DNA of 64,000 nucleotides from Eledone cirrhosa (lineage: Eukaryota), in the NCBI GenBank assembly GCA_964016885.1, contig OZ024750.1, forward strand, positions 13,516,001 to 13,580,000, written 5' to 3'. Each line of letters starts with the position of its first letter. Position 1 is the stretch's first letter. Position numbers and translations under genes: made by a program. The notes beneath the pieces are model-generated. The model was not told where the DNA came from. It was given only the letters and a program-made list of their open reading frames with translations, and did no database searches. Of this stretch, positions 10,646-24,141 are shown one piece after another.

Positions 10646-13463
10646 CTGAAAATTAAAATTATGAAATTTAAAATTGTAAGCAATAATAGTAATCATATGT
10701 TAATTATTCTAGTATTTAAAGATGTTGACACAATTATTTGGGCAACAATAATAGTATTTGATCTTCTTTGTGAATCATTTGTTGAAATATAACATTTATA
10801 ATATCAAATTGTGAATTTCTGTGTGGCAGACAATGGATTCTTACCACTATACCAAGAAATATATGTTTAACTCAAATTATTAAAACACAAATCATTCAAC
10901 ATGTTAAAATATCTACATTAAATTTGATAAAAACAACAACAAAAACAAAACAAAACAAAACATTTAGCTGTTTTCGTCTTTAAAATAGATTAAAGAGGGC
11001 AAAGTGTATGAGATGTGACTAACAAGTGTGTTATTTAATGGCTGTACCGCTGAATACAGATGATCTGCAGTGGCTGGAGAGAATTGAATTAACTCTTTTG
11101 ATACCAACCCACCCACCCCAAAACTGTCTCATCATCCATTTAGAAAGTTGCTATTTATATTAAAATCTTCCAGCGTTCACATGTAGTGTGCACTGCGCAG
11201 GCTTTCTTGAGGACAAGAGTCTCAGTCTTTGTAGCACTGATTTTCATTTCAGTCATGCAGTCCTTGACATAAAACCTATCAGGTGAATGTCTGAGATTAC
11301 CTTCTGACAAGTTAAGTAATACCAAGTCATCTGCAAATTCCAGCCGACTAATCCTACACCTGCCAGTCATAAAGCCCCTACGTCTCTGAATTGGGAGATC
11401 ACAGCTCCGATATTAAAAGTATGTGGTTAGAATGTCTCAGAAAAGAATCACTGGACAGAATTTACGGGCAACACCAACTGACAGGAGACCCGGAGGTAGA
11501 CCCTGAGAAAGATGGTTGGATAACATCCAAGAAGAAGAAAATGTATATATGTACGTATGTATGAACGTATGTATCTATGAAACTTAGCGTGGAATGGTGA
11601 ATAATTTTGAGGACAGATGCATAGAGCGCGAGGAGATCAAACAGAATGTGCATAATCAATGCCTTGGTGTATCTCTTGTATCTCTTGAAACGATCGGTGT
11701 CTCCATTGAATTGGTGTGCCCAGAGTGTGGAAAGGTGTGCTTGAGCAAATCTGGTCTCAAGAGCCACAGTCGCAGTCATGTTCAGAGAGAACCAGTGAAT
11801 TATGATCTCCTTGGTATTGCAAAATGTAATGAATGTGCCAAAGAATGTCGATCTGTAGCAGGACTGAAACGGCATGTGAAGGTTCACAGGTAACCTGATG
11901 CCAGGGAGATCCATAGTTGTCATCAATGTGCAAAGGGGTGCAAGTCTCTAGCAGGCTTGAAAACCCATATCCGAACATCACACATTTGACAAGAAATTGC
12001 AATATTCTTAGAATGAGTTTGCATCCATCATGTATGTATGTAGGAAATGTAAGCACAATAAAATTGACAAATAGTTTGTTAACTTACTGTGCCGAGTTCA
12101 ACTCTGCTAGTAGCAGCCAGAAGTGTGACTAAAAGTCAGTAGAACAGAGTACACATTGAGGGATACATCTAGTTATGGTCATGTGATGCATATGGATGAT
12201 GGTCATTGGATGAAGAAATGCTAAAAGTCCTAAGTGGTGGGAAGCTGTAGTAGAGGAAGACTGAGGAAAACCTGGACAGAAGGGGCGAGAGTAGATTTCA
12301 AAACACTGAATGTAACAGAGAAGAAGATGAAGGTAAACAACAAATAAAAAGAAGATATGCTGGAAAAGATGTGTCTAACCAATGCAGATGATGGTGTGGT
12401 GATGATGATTAACATGATTATATGACAATATTTAGATAGATTAGGAAAGGATTTAGTTCCTAGATAATTCAAATGGTTTGTTCTCATTGAAATTGTAAAC
12501 CAGCTAAAAACTGTTGTCTTAGAAACAAAAATACACCAATGCCTACTTACAATTATCACTGCACATGAGATAAGAGATGTTTCCATCAGCAGAAATACAT
12601 TGACAGTTGTAAGAAATTCCATTGATAGATAATGTCTTATTTTGTTGGTATAATACAATACCGTGTCTGTAGTTACAATCTGAAACGAAAATTGATTTCA
12701 GTTTAGAAACATATACTTAAATTAATGCACCTTAACATGAAGACTTAGTGGTTAGGATGTTTGGCTCACAATCATAAGGTTGAGGTTGATTTCCAGACTG
12801 GGGCAGTGTGTTGAGCAAGACACTTTATTTCATGTTGCTCTAGTGCACTCAGCTGGCAAAAATGAGTTGTACCTGTAATTCAGGGAGCCAGCCTTGTTAT
12901 ACATTATTTCATGGTGAATTTCCTTGGGAACTACGCTAAGGGTGCACATGCCTGTAGAATGCTCAGGCATTTAGACGAAAGAATCGCTGGACAGATATTA
13001 TTGGCAAAACCAACTGGCTGGAGACCTGCAAGCAAGATGGTTGGATAACATCCATGAGCCCGGCTGGTTTTGCTTGGCGATCCAGTCAGATCAATTGGGA
13101 GCAGTTACTTCTGACAGGACTCACTGGAAGGCCTGCTTGAGGACTCTAGCCCTACAACCCTCCAAAGAATAAGTACTAGTAGTAGTAGCATCAGCAGCAG
13201 TCTTGCAATATAGTACTGGAAAAATATGTAATACGGATCTTAATAGTAGTAAGAAGTTCAGTTTAATGCATTTATTATACTGAGGAAAACAGAAAAAAGA
13301 AAGATATTTTAAAATGATATTTTGAAATCAAAGATGTAAAATGTTTCTTTGAAATTCAGCACAGAAATAAAGTTTTCATTATATATTCAGAATTTTACTT
13401 ACTTTTGTAAGCGGAGCATATCATCAACAACAGGATAAAAATAATTTGTGAAAGTCTTTCCAT
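8001..13463 (-). CDS. Uncharacterised secreted Asn/Asp-rich repeat glycoprotein, 3 coding exons (13403-13463, 12551-12679, 8001-10645), about 944 aa
   Basis: GT-AG, phase-1 compatible exons. Signal peptide MERLSQIIFILLLMICSA, then a 4-Cys module, then an 880-codon open exon with 60-bp tandem repeats. Confidence 0.8.
8741..9945 (-). repeat. Coding 60-bp tandem repeat, about 21 units (consensus NEDDYLNSTNRDKGQNTLMT)
   Basis: Consecutive 60-nt lines from 8821 to 9841 are near-identical. Confidence 0.97.
11165..12410. mobile_element. Nested LINE debris in an intron: RT fragment (-, FADDLVLL), RTE 3' pieces (+) and a C2H2-finger-bearing RTE-like C-terminus (11585-11990 +)
   Basis: ORF 11155-11370 has an RT motif; ORF 11594-11893 has CPECGK..H..H and CNECAK..H..H. 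Confidence 0.6.
12551..12679 (-). CDS. Exon encoding a 4-cysteine module of the secreted protein
   Basis: gtttcag acceptor, gtaagt donor, phase 1-1; CNYRHGIVLYQQNKTLSINGISYNCQCISADGNISYLMCSDN. Confidence 0.75.
13403..13463 (-). CDS. Signal-peptide exon of the secreted protein
   Basis: aacag|G ATG; MERLSQIIFILLLMICSAYK + A|gtaagt; hydrophobic core ending in a C-S-A cleavage motif. Confidence 0.75.
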
Positions 13464-15232
13464 CCTGTTCTTAATAATGAAAAAAAAATGACAAATAAAA
13501 ATAGCCATTAAAGAAAAATAAAACACATTACAATACAAACATACCCACAGGATAGGAGAGGTGGGTACTTCAGAACATTCTAGGTGGGCAAGCTTTCACA
13601 GGCTTTGGTGCCCTAGATAGGAGAGGTGGGTACTTCAGAACATTTTAGATGGGCAAGCCTTCACAAGTAATGTATTTTTTATAAACCCTGTTTTCTAAAT
13701 CTGAGACTGCACCATTGAAAAGTAAGAGGGTAGTGCCATTCAGTGCTCCACCCTGCTTCTGTTTTGGTGACAGACATCATTTAACCCTTTAGCATTTAAA
13801 CTGGCCGTATCCAGCCAGAATTCTCTCACATCTTTCTGTTCAAACTGGCTGTAACCAGCTACTCATATTTATGTTAAGGTATTGTTCTCAAAATAACTAA
13901 TATCAAAATCTCATAGATTTGATATTATGTGAGATAATTATGTGAAATAAAGTGTTTATGGTGAAAATACAATAGTAAATATAGAATAATGTAAATGCTA
14001 AAGTAACTCTCTCTCTCTCTAAAATAAACCCACTGTTTTCTACAATTTCCACAATGCTTCAAGCAAACTACAACTTTACTGAGTATTTTTCTTTTAAAAT
14101 TTATATTTTTGTCAATAAAAAAACATGAAAAACTCTTACTTTATGTTGTTTCTTATTCCTTGGTCTTCTGAATACTTCCCAGTTTTACATCCAGATTCTT
14201 GTTCTTTTATTATTGTTGTAGGTGACTTTTGCTCAACAACTGCTTAGATCTATTTTGTTATTGAAAATACCCCAAACAATTTCTGATTCTCTTTCTTATG
14301 TCAATGAATATATGAGAGTATACCATAACTCCTCATGTAACATATTGTCACTCCAATTAAAGTGTCATGTTTGAGTTATCAAACAAAAGAAAACCCAGCC
14401 TGAATTTTCATTGGTTGAAGTTTTCTCAGCTTGCATTGCCAAAACCAACTTTAAAGCTGGAAATCTTTTCAATATTCATATTATTCAAAGTAGGAGTTTA
14501 AAGATTATAAAATTTTGAAGCAGAGTTTACAGTTTAAATATCTTTCCTCCCACTCCTTTTAAAAAAAAATATACATACCTACATAGAATTCATTTTAAAG
14601 ATTTGAAATCTACATGATATCTTTATTCCAAAAAGAATATAAACCAATAAAATAACCTTAACCCATTAGCATTACTCTAGATATACTGTTGTAGTTTCAC
14701 TGTAATAGCTTTACCTCACATAATATCGAATCTATGAGATTTTGATGTTATTTATTTTGAGAACAATACCTTAACATCAATATAAGTGGCTAGTTATGGT
14801 TTGTTTGAACAGAATGAGAGAAAATTTTGGCTGAATATGGCCGGTTTAAATATTAAGAGTTAAATTATAAACCATTTCAAAATATAAGTTGAAATTTATG
14901 ATGATAATTATAAAGATGATGAAACTAAACAGGAAATCAACTTTTCAAAATAGACTTTATTTTTTCTAATAAATATATATATTTTCAAATATACAAAGCT
15001 AATGTTCCTTAAAAAAAAACCCCCAAAAACAAAAGCAAAACAAGCAAACTCTTCCCCTTCAGTTGGGCAGTAAATCTCAGTAAACATCTTGCAGACAAGA
15101 TGGCAAAAATGTTGCCTAAAATTGTTGCTGTCATTGGCCTTAGGCAATAGTTACTGACATTCACACATGCTGAAGGTCAACTTATTATTTATTCCTTTTT
15201 AAGGGATACTTTCTAACAACTGCAATAATGAA

Positions 15233-16620
15233 CACATCCACAGTCATCCACATATATATATACATATACATCCACATATATATATATACATCCACATATA
15301 TATATATACATCCACATATATACATATACATCCACATATATACATATACATCCACATATATATATATACATCCACATATATACATATACATCCACATATA
15401 TATACATATACATCCACATATATATACATATACATCCACATATATATATACATATACATCCACATATATACATATACATCCACATATATATATATACATA
15501 TACATTCACATATATATATATACATATACATTCACATATATACATATACATCCACATATATATATACATATACATTCACATATATACATATACATCCACA
15601 TATATACACATACATTCACATATATACACATACATTCACATATATACATATACATCCACATATATACATATACATCCACATATATATATATATATACATA
15701 TACATTCACATATATACATATACATTCACATATATACATATACATTCACATATATACATATACATTCACATATATACATATACATTCACATATATACATA
15801 TACATTCACATATATACATATACATTCACATATATACATATACATCCACATATATACACATACATCCACATATATATACATATACATCCACATATATATA
15901 TACATATACATTCACATATATACATATACATTCACATATATACATATACATTCACATATATATATATACATATACATCCACATATATATATACATATACA
16001 TTCACATATATATATACATATACATTCACATATATATATACATATACATTCACATATATACATATACATTCACATATATACATATACATTCACATATATA
16101 CATATACATCCACATATATATATACATATACATTCACATATATACATATACATTCACATATATACATATACATTCACATATATACATATACATTCACATA
16201 TATACATATACATTCACATATATACATATACATTCACATATATATATATACATATACATCCACATATATATATACATATACATTCACATATATACATATA
16301 CATTCACATATATACATATACATTCACATATATACATATACATTCACATATATACATATACATCTACATATATATATATACATATACATTCACATATATA
16401 CATATACATCCACATATATATATATACATATACATTCACATATATACATATACATTCACATATATACACATACATTCACATATATACACATACATTCACA
16501 TATATACACATACATTCACATATATACACATACATCCACATATATATACATATACATCCACATATATATACATATACATTCACATATATACATCCACATA
16601 TATATATATACATATACATA
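15233..16620. repeat. (TA)n-derived minisatellite (catatatacatatacat[tc]ca), continuing at 18997-19550 after the LINE
   Basis: Units of about 20 bp with a variable number of TA. Confidence 0.95.
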
Positions 16621-18996
16621 AGAAAGTTCAAGCATGTTCTACAACGTGAGGACCAAAAACGTGAGGTGTTCAGGATTGCTAGGCAATGTGTCAAGGAAAA
16701 CCGTGATATTGTCGGGGAGAAGTGTGTACTTAACGATGATGGCATACTTGCCATCACCGACGCTGATAAGAAGGTAGCTTGGAAGTGTCACTACGAAAGG
16801 CTTCTAAATGAGGAGAATAAATGGGAGAAAGACAGTCTCCCCCACATCGACCCAATAGAGGGACCAGCAGTGTTAGTCGAGGGTAGTACAATAAGTAAGG
16901 CAATCAAAGATATGAAGACGGGTAAGGCGGCTGGGCCTTCGGAAATAGTTGCTGAGATGCTGAAGGCATCTGGTTCGGTGGGACACACCATGGTCACTTG
17001 GATAGTTAACCAAGTCGTACAGAATGGGGTTGTTCCGAAGGACTGGCGTAGCAGCATCATCGTTAACTGCTATAAGGGAAAAGGAGATGCCCTAGATAGG
17101 AGTAACTATAGAGGCATTAAATTAATCGACCAGGTCATGAAGGTCATGGAAAAAGTAATAGCGCAACTAATCAGAGAGAGAATTGATCTAGATGAAATGC
17201 AGTTCGGGTTTGTGTCAGGCAAAAGTACTACAGACGCTCTTTTCATTGTACGACAACTACAGGAGAAGTACCTAGCTAAAAGTAAACCCCTATACTTAGC
17301 TTTTGTCGACTTGGAGAAAGCCTTCGACAGAGTCCCCCGTTCCATTATCTGGTGGGCTCTTAGAAAACTAGGTGTTGACGAATGGCTTGTGAGAGCTATA
17401 CAAGCCATGTATAAAGAAACAGTCAGTAAGGTTAGAATTAACAACGAATATAGTGAAGAGTTTAGCGTAAAAGTTGGTGTCCATCAGGGCTCTGTCCTTA
17501 GCCCCCTACTATTTATTATTGCCCTTCAGGCTATAACAGAGGAGTTCAAGACCGGCTGCCCATGGGAACTCCTATACGCAGATGATCTAACGCTCATAGC
17601 TGAATCAATGACCGAACTAGAGAAGAAATTCCAAACATGGAAGCACGGCCTAGAATCAAAAGGCCTTAAAATTAACCTGGCTAAGACTAAAGTTCTAGTT
17701 TGTAGGAAAGAAAATAAGGCGGCGGTCCCTTCCGGGAAATGGCCATGCTCAGTGTGTAGGAAAGGCGTAGGTAGAAACTCCATTTTATGTCCCCAATGCA
17801 AAGTATGGGTGCATAAAAGATGTAGTGGGATCACAGGTAAGCTAACTAAGAACATAGATTTTACATGTGGCCGGTGCTCTGGTGCAATAAGTAGCAGCAA
17901 GTGCCCACTAAATACTAGCTTTTTCAATTGCGCAGAGGGTTCTATAGAAATAGTGGACAGCTTCCGTTACCTGGGTGACAAAATCAGCAGTGGGGGAGGG
18001 TGCTCTGAAAGTACAGTAGCTAGAGTCAGAACTGGATGGAAAAAGTTCAGAGAGCTTATACCACTATTAGCCGCTAGAGGGTTCTCCCTAAAAATGAAAG
18101 GCAGGTTATACGATGCCTGCATACGAACAGCAATGCTGCATGGGCATTGTGTGCAGAGGATATACGCAGACTAGAGAGGAACGAAGCTTGCATGCTCCGC
18201 TGGATGTGCAATAGTAATATACGTGAACGGCTAAGCATAAACGAACTAAGGAAAAAATTAGAAATAAGAGGGATCAGATGTTGTTTACTTGAGAGAAGGC
18301 TACGTTGGTACGGTCACGTGATGCGCATGAAAGACGACAGCTGTATAACAAAGTGCAGGACAATAAAGATAGACGGTAGCCACGGAGTAGGCAGACCCAG
18401 AAAAACCTGGGACGAGCTGATAAATTCCGACCTCACACGCTTACACCTCTCCAAGACAATGTCACTGGTCCGAGACCTTTGGCGGTACTCAGTAATAGAG
18501 AAGACCCGCCTTACCTAAATACAAAGTAAAAACCTACTACAGTCAGTAGGCATCACCCCCCGTCCCACCACCTCCACCCCATCCACACCGCCCCTTTCAA
18601 TGTAAAGTTATGTTGGTCCCACAACATCCAGGCCGAAACAAATGAGATCGTGTAGGTGTCACGACAAAAAAACACACGCTGTAAATGTGGCCATGTAGGC
18701 AACACGGTAAAAACCTCCCAGCCCCACACTGTAAATGTGGTTGGTGTTAGGAAGGGCATCCAGCTGTAGAAAACCCGCCAGACAGTCCACGCTGTAATGT
18801 GGCCGTGTAGGCAACACGGTAAAAACCTCCCAGCCCCACACTGTAAATGTGGTTGGTGTTAGGAAGGGCATCCAGCTGTAGAAAACCCGCCAGACAGTCC
18901 TATGCGAGCAAGACAACCACTCTTGCCTCAAGTGGGAAAACCCCCGTCCAAACCCATGCAAGCATGGAACACGGACGCTAAACCTGATGATGATGA
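16621..18996 (+). mobile_element. 5'-truncated RTE-clade LINE: RT domain plus PHD-like finger, frameshift near 18148, 3'UTR and (TGA)n tail
   Basis: ORF 16666-18174 has [19 protein letters not shown] and YADD. ORF 18147-18518 continues the C-terminus (RRLRWYGHV..GRPRKTW). No endonuclease domain; tgatgatgatgat tail. Confidence 0.93.
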
Positions 18997-19197
18997 TATA
19001 TACATATACATCCACATATATATATATATATACATTCACATATATATATATACATTCACATATATATATATACATTCACATATATATATATACATTCACA
19101 TATATATATACATTCACATATATATATATACATTCACATATATATATATACATTCACATATATATATATACATTCACATATATATATATACATTCAC

Positions 19198-19228
<31 letters not shown>

Positions 19229-19550
19229 CATTCACATATATATATATACATATATATACATTCACATATATACATATACATATATATACATTCACATATA
19301 TACATATACATTCACATATATACATATACATTCACATATATACACATACATTCACATATATACACATATACATCCACATATATACATATACATTCACATA
19401 TATACACATACATCCACATATATACATATACATCCACATATATATATACACAGTCATTCACATATATACACATCCACAGTCATTCACATATATATACATC
19501 CACAGTCATTCACATATATATACATCTACATAGATACACATATATACACA
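18997..19550. repeat. Right half of the LINE-interrupted minisatellite
   Basis: Same unit as 15233-16620. Confidence 0.93.
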
Positions 19551-20149
19551 CAGGAGAGACTGATGACAGGTTGAATTTACGTTAGTATATTATTGTTAAT
19601 TGAATTGAAAAAGATATTTGTTCAATAAATTTCAATAAATTATATATAATGTTTGCAAAAAAAAGAATAAGTCGTAGTAAACGAAATTAAATGGTGAAAG
19701 TAAGGATAAAGGGGGAGGGTGTGACAGAGTCCACACTATATTGAACCGGTAGGACAAAACCAAATATTAATGTAAAATTCAGACAAATGAGTTGCTGAAA
19801 AAAAAAAAAGCACAACAAATAACAAAATTCTGTTTGGGTGGACAAATGTAATTATTTTATGTCTGATTCAGAAGTCAATATAATGAACCAACCTTAAATT
19901 GAACACTATGAAACTGGCTAACAAATAAACCAGACAAAGGTAGTAGTACCAGAGTCATGATAAAATGTTCCCAGTTTATGTTGTAAAGTAGTTGACATTA
20001 GAAAGGGTATCCAGTCATAGAAAGCAAGCCAAAAACAGAATGTATGAGCAAGACATAATTGCCTGACCAGTCAAGCCTCTTTATGACAATTTGCCCACTG
20101 TTCTAATTAGACAGTGACAAAGTGGTTTAGCCAACAACGATCCTGTGGT

Positions 20150-20322
20150 AATAATTGTTTCTACTTTTGGCACAAGGCCAGCAATTATCTCAGTGTATTA
20201 CTGGTACTTTATTTTATAGACCCTGTAAGGATGAAAGGCAAAGTTAACCTCGGCAGGATTTGAACTCAGACCATAAAGGGCCGTAACTCTTTGCTGCAAA
20301 GCATGGCATCTGCCAATCCACC
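20150..20322 (-). mobile_element. MetaSINE-type SINE
   Basis: Same core and B box as the 1618-1806 copy. Confidence 0.8.
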
Positions 20323-21639
20323 GAAAGTGGTTGCCAAGCTAGTTCGGCAGACAGGCATCAAGAATTTTGAGTCTAGTGAAATGTGGTCACAGTGATTTAG
20401 AAACCACCATGGAATCAGTAATAAAATTATTACCAATTAGTACCAATTGAGTAAATCCATGCATTCAGGAAGAGGTTAAAGAACATAATTGTGAAGGGCT
20501 CTTAATTTCCCAAGCATGTAATGGGGATGGAACAGGGTTGTATTTGCAGTCACTAGCCTGGAATATCCAAATTTTTGGGAGTTAAGCAACCACACCTATT
20601 CATAAATTAAGCAAGAAAGATCCTTGTGAAATGTAATTTCAAATTTGGTTACTCTTACCAGGTGAGATCATAAATGGGTGCTGGTCTGACAGCACAGGTT
20701 TTGCTACCATTAATGTCCAACACAACTGACTTACCATCCAAGTCCAGGAAGACCATCCATATCTTGTTAATTAAATCTACCACACTACATGATCTGTCCA
20801 ATAACAAGATACACCTTGTGGTTGCTGAAGATGGATGTGAGTACATGCAACTTAGAAATCAATTCGGATTTCCTGAAAACAAACATGCTAAAAAGAGAGT
20901 GAGTCATGTACAATAGAGTTAGTTAACTTGTCCAATTATATTGCTTAGCATTCCTATTATAAATAAATTTTTAATCTTGGAAAACATATGTTACTTTTAA
21001 ATTGATATTCATGGGTAAAACAGTATGTTCTATTATAACCACATATATTATTATTGTTGTTGCAGCAGTTGTCCATTATATTGCTGTACATTTATATAAT
21101 ACACACCCAATTGCTTTTTTAAAGAGAATATTGTATTTTATGTTTGCTGTCTGTTTTCCACTTTTGTAGCCTCTATACCATGTGAGTTTATTGGAAAATT
21201 TTGTTGGTCTTTAATTAGTTAGTCATTTGTAGCCTTCCTACTTGGGTAGTTATTTCCTAGTCACAGAGCCAGCTGATGCTTGTTTTGTTAATATATATAT
21301 CTATATATGACTTCCTGAGGTAAACGTGAACTCCCATAACTGAAACAAAGGAAGGGTGCCTAGGAGAGCAGTGACTATGATTAAAAATGACTGCATGGTA
21401 AGCGTGGACTCTGCAAACCTAGATGGAAACCCATCTAGGAGGGCAGTAACTCTAATTAAAGACTACTGCATGGGGTAGATGTGGACTCCATATCTCCATA
21501 AGTTCTAGTGAAGGCAACCCATCTAGAAGAGTAGACACTCCAAATAAAAACTAACACAGGGTGGAGTGGACTCTTGAGCCCAGCAAGACAACCTCTCTAG
21601 TGCTGGTGACACGAATAATGCACCCAGTCTTCCTTGAGA

Positions 21640-22190
21640 GGACAAGTGTCTCAGTCTTTGTAGCACTGATTATCATTCCTGCCATACAGCACTTGGCAGT
21701 AAACAATCTGTCTTGTTTCCCTTTTGAAAATTGGGATTATCATTCCCAATTGCCATTATTTAGGTGCCTTTCCAGAGATCCAGGCCACCCAGGACATGAG
21801 TCAGTCAGAGAATACCTTCTCTATTTAAGGCTTTTAACATCTTGGGTTGAATTTCATTCTCCCAAGAGGCCTTACTGCATTTGAGCTGATTTTGCCTGCA
21901 GCATTTAACAGCTGAAGCAGAAACAGTCAAGCTGAACAGTCTCTACGCTGTTTCAACATCCTCAGTTCGTTCAAGGAGTTCTTTGAATTTGGATGCGATA
22001 GTATCTGCAAACTTGTTCCTGACCTCCTTATCAGCCAACACTTCCCCCTTTATACTGTAGGTTGAGCTGGATCAGCAAATTTTTGGCTTTTATTGGCTTT
22101 ATGTAGTCTCACATTGCAGACAGCTATCTGGTAATCAGTTGACAGCTCAACTCCTCTCAACACGAACATCCAGTACAAATATCTTATGCT
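21640..22190 (-). mobile_element. Degenerate RTE-like LINE fragments
   Basis: Shares the ttgaggacaag..tctcagtctttgtagcactgatt block with 11208-11245; decayed endonuclease/RT-linker-like sequence. Confidence 0.5.
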
Positions 22191-23944
22191 TACATTTCAT
22201 ATATTTATCATATATTTGTGACTTACCAATGTGTTGATAGGTCATATATTTATGACTTACCAATGTGTCGATAGGTCATATAATTATCATATATTTGTGA
22301 CTTACCAATGTGTTACATCATTAACACAATATCCAAAGATAAATAAATAAATAGTTAACAACAAATGAAAGAAATGGAAGAAGCAGAATTGAAGTTAAAT
22401 TACATTTTTTTCTTATTTATTTTTTGTAATCTGCCACATAGTGTTTGAACATCTGTGTGATTATATTCCTTACCAGAAAATATGGTTTAAATATTATTTT
22501 CAAGGTAAGAAATTTTCAGTACCGATTCACTGAGAGTTCCTTATTGGATTCCAGTAGTTCTACTTTATTATTTACACAATACTCATTGAAAAGGAGTGGG
22601 TTTTCTTTATTAATTACAGCTTAACATCCATTTTTTCCATGCTAGCATGGATGTATGGGTTGTGTATTTTTTTGTGTGTGTTTACTTAGACATTTGCATT
22701 ATGTTAAAGCAATTGTTGTTAGAATGGATGCCTCTTCCTAATGCTAGCCACCTAACCATGCAGTAGATGTGGTACCCATGGATAGCTAAGTAGACTAGGA
22801 CAAGCAAAGTAATGTGTATTTCTTAAGGATACAACACAATGGATGTAGAAAGAGCCAACTTTTAGACATATGACCATGTGTAGATAGTTTAGCACTTCAA
22901 TACCACAACCATTGTCCTGTGAAAATAATCTGGTGTACAACTGCTGTAGACAATTTATTTACTTTCGTTTTTCAGTTCATTTCCATTGTCAAAGCTAGAA
23001 TCAGGTGAAAATAATTGTTGGATGTTAGCAGATTGTTGGTGAGTGAACGGTACGTACACAGTCATGTGTGCATGTACCTGCATGCTTACTGTACATATAT
23101 GCTGTAGTGATTCTTGCAATCAGTTGATTGCATTGTATATTGAGACTGGTGATGTAATTGTTGTTGAGGTGGTGTTTTTCAATAGAATAATGCTGCCAGC
23201 AGCAGTAGAAACAATTTCAATCCAATTTTTTTACAATATACTTTATGTGGACAGCAGTACTACTTCAAGGACAGCTGTATATAAGTTGAACTGTTCCATA
23301 TTTCTAATCAGACCACTTTTCTCCTTAGTAATAAGGACAGGAAAAAATATGTATAGAAGGGAAAGAGAAAGAGAGAGAGAGTGTGTGTGTATTTGTGAGA
23401 ACTTGGTGTTTGATGAAATAATTGCTGTTCTCACTGACATCTTTGAATCTCCCGTGTATAAGAGTCATAGTTGCAATCATCAACATTCTCATTGTTAGAA
23501 TGCTGTTTCCCTTATTTTAACATTAAATTTACACAACTTTGTTTTCTTTTGATACCTTGAATTCAAGATAGTGAACACCAAAGCCTCTTCCTTTTTTTGA
23601 TAAATCTTCAATAATATTTAGCACCATTTCAGTTGTACTCATTTGTTGTAAATAAAAGAGGACCACAGGCACAGAGAATAACATAGGCTTTAAGACTTCC
23701 AGTTAATGCATTCATTGTCTTGTTTTGTTCCAGCAAACATTCTCTTTAAGACTTCTAGTTAATGCATTCATTGCCTCGTTTCGTTCCAGCTCCTTTTTCA
23801 CTCCATAAATAAGCAATATGGGATAATAATTTTTAAAAAAAGGCTATCCCAGATAACTTATAACAATTTTTTTACGTTTCTATCATAGCTGGTTTTCTTC
23901 ACCCAGAAGAAACAGATTAAATAAGAGCAAAATAGATGTTTTAA

Positions 23945-24141
23945 CCCTTTAACATTTGAACTGTATCTGGCCAGAATTCTCTCACCTCTTTCTTTTCAAA
24001 CTGGCTGTAACCAGCTACTCATACTGATGTTAAGGTATGGTTCTCAAAATATCAAAATATCATAGATTCGATATTATGTGAGATAAAGCCTTTACCCCAA
24101 AAATACAATAGTATATATAGAGTAATGTAAATGCTAAAGGG
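23945..24141. mobile_element. piggyBac-like MITE about 200 bp after the MAP3K2/3 stop (probable 3'UTR)
   Basis: TTAA flanks, CCCTTTA/TAAAGGG termini. Confidence 0.85.

Noticed and set aside
15185-16649. Long Y/I/H/T-rich ORFs (also 18902-19585 and 55604-57198)
   Set aside because: Translations of (TA)n/(CA)n/(GATA)n satellites
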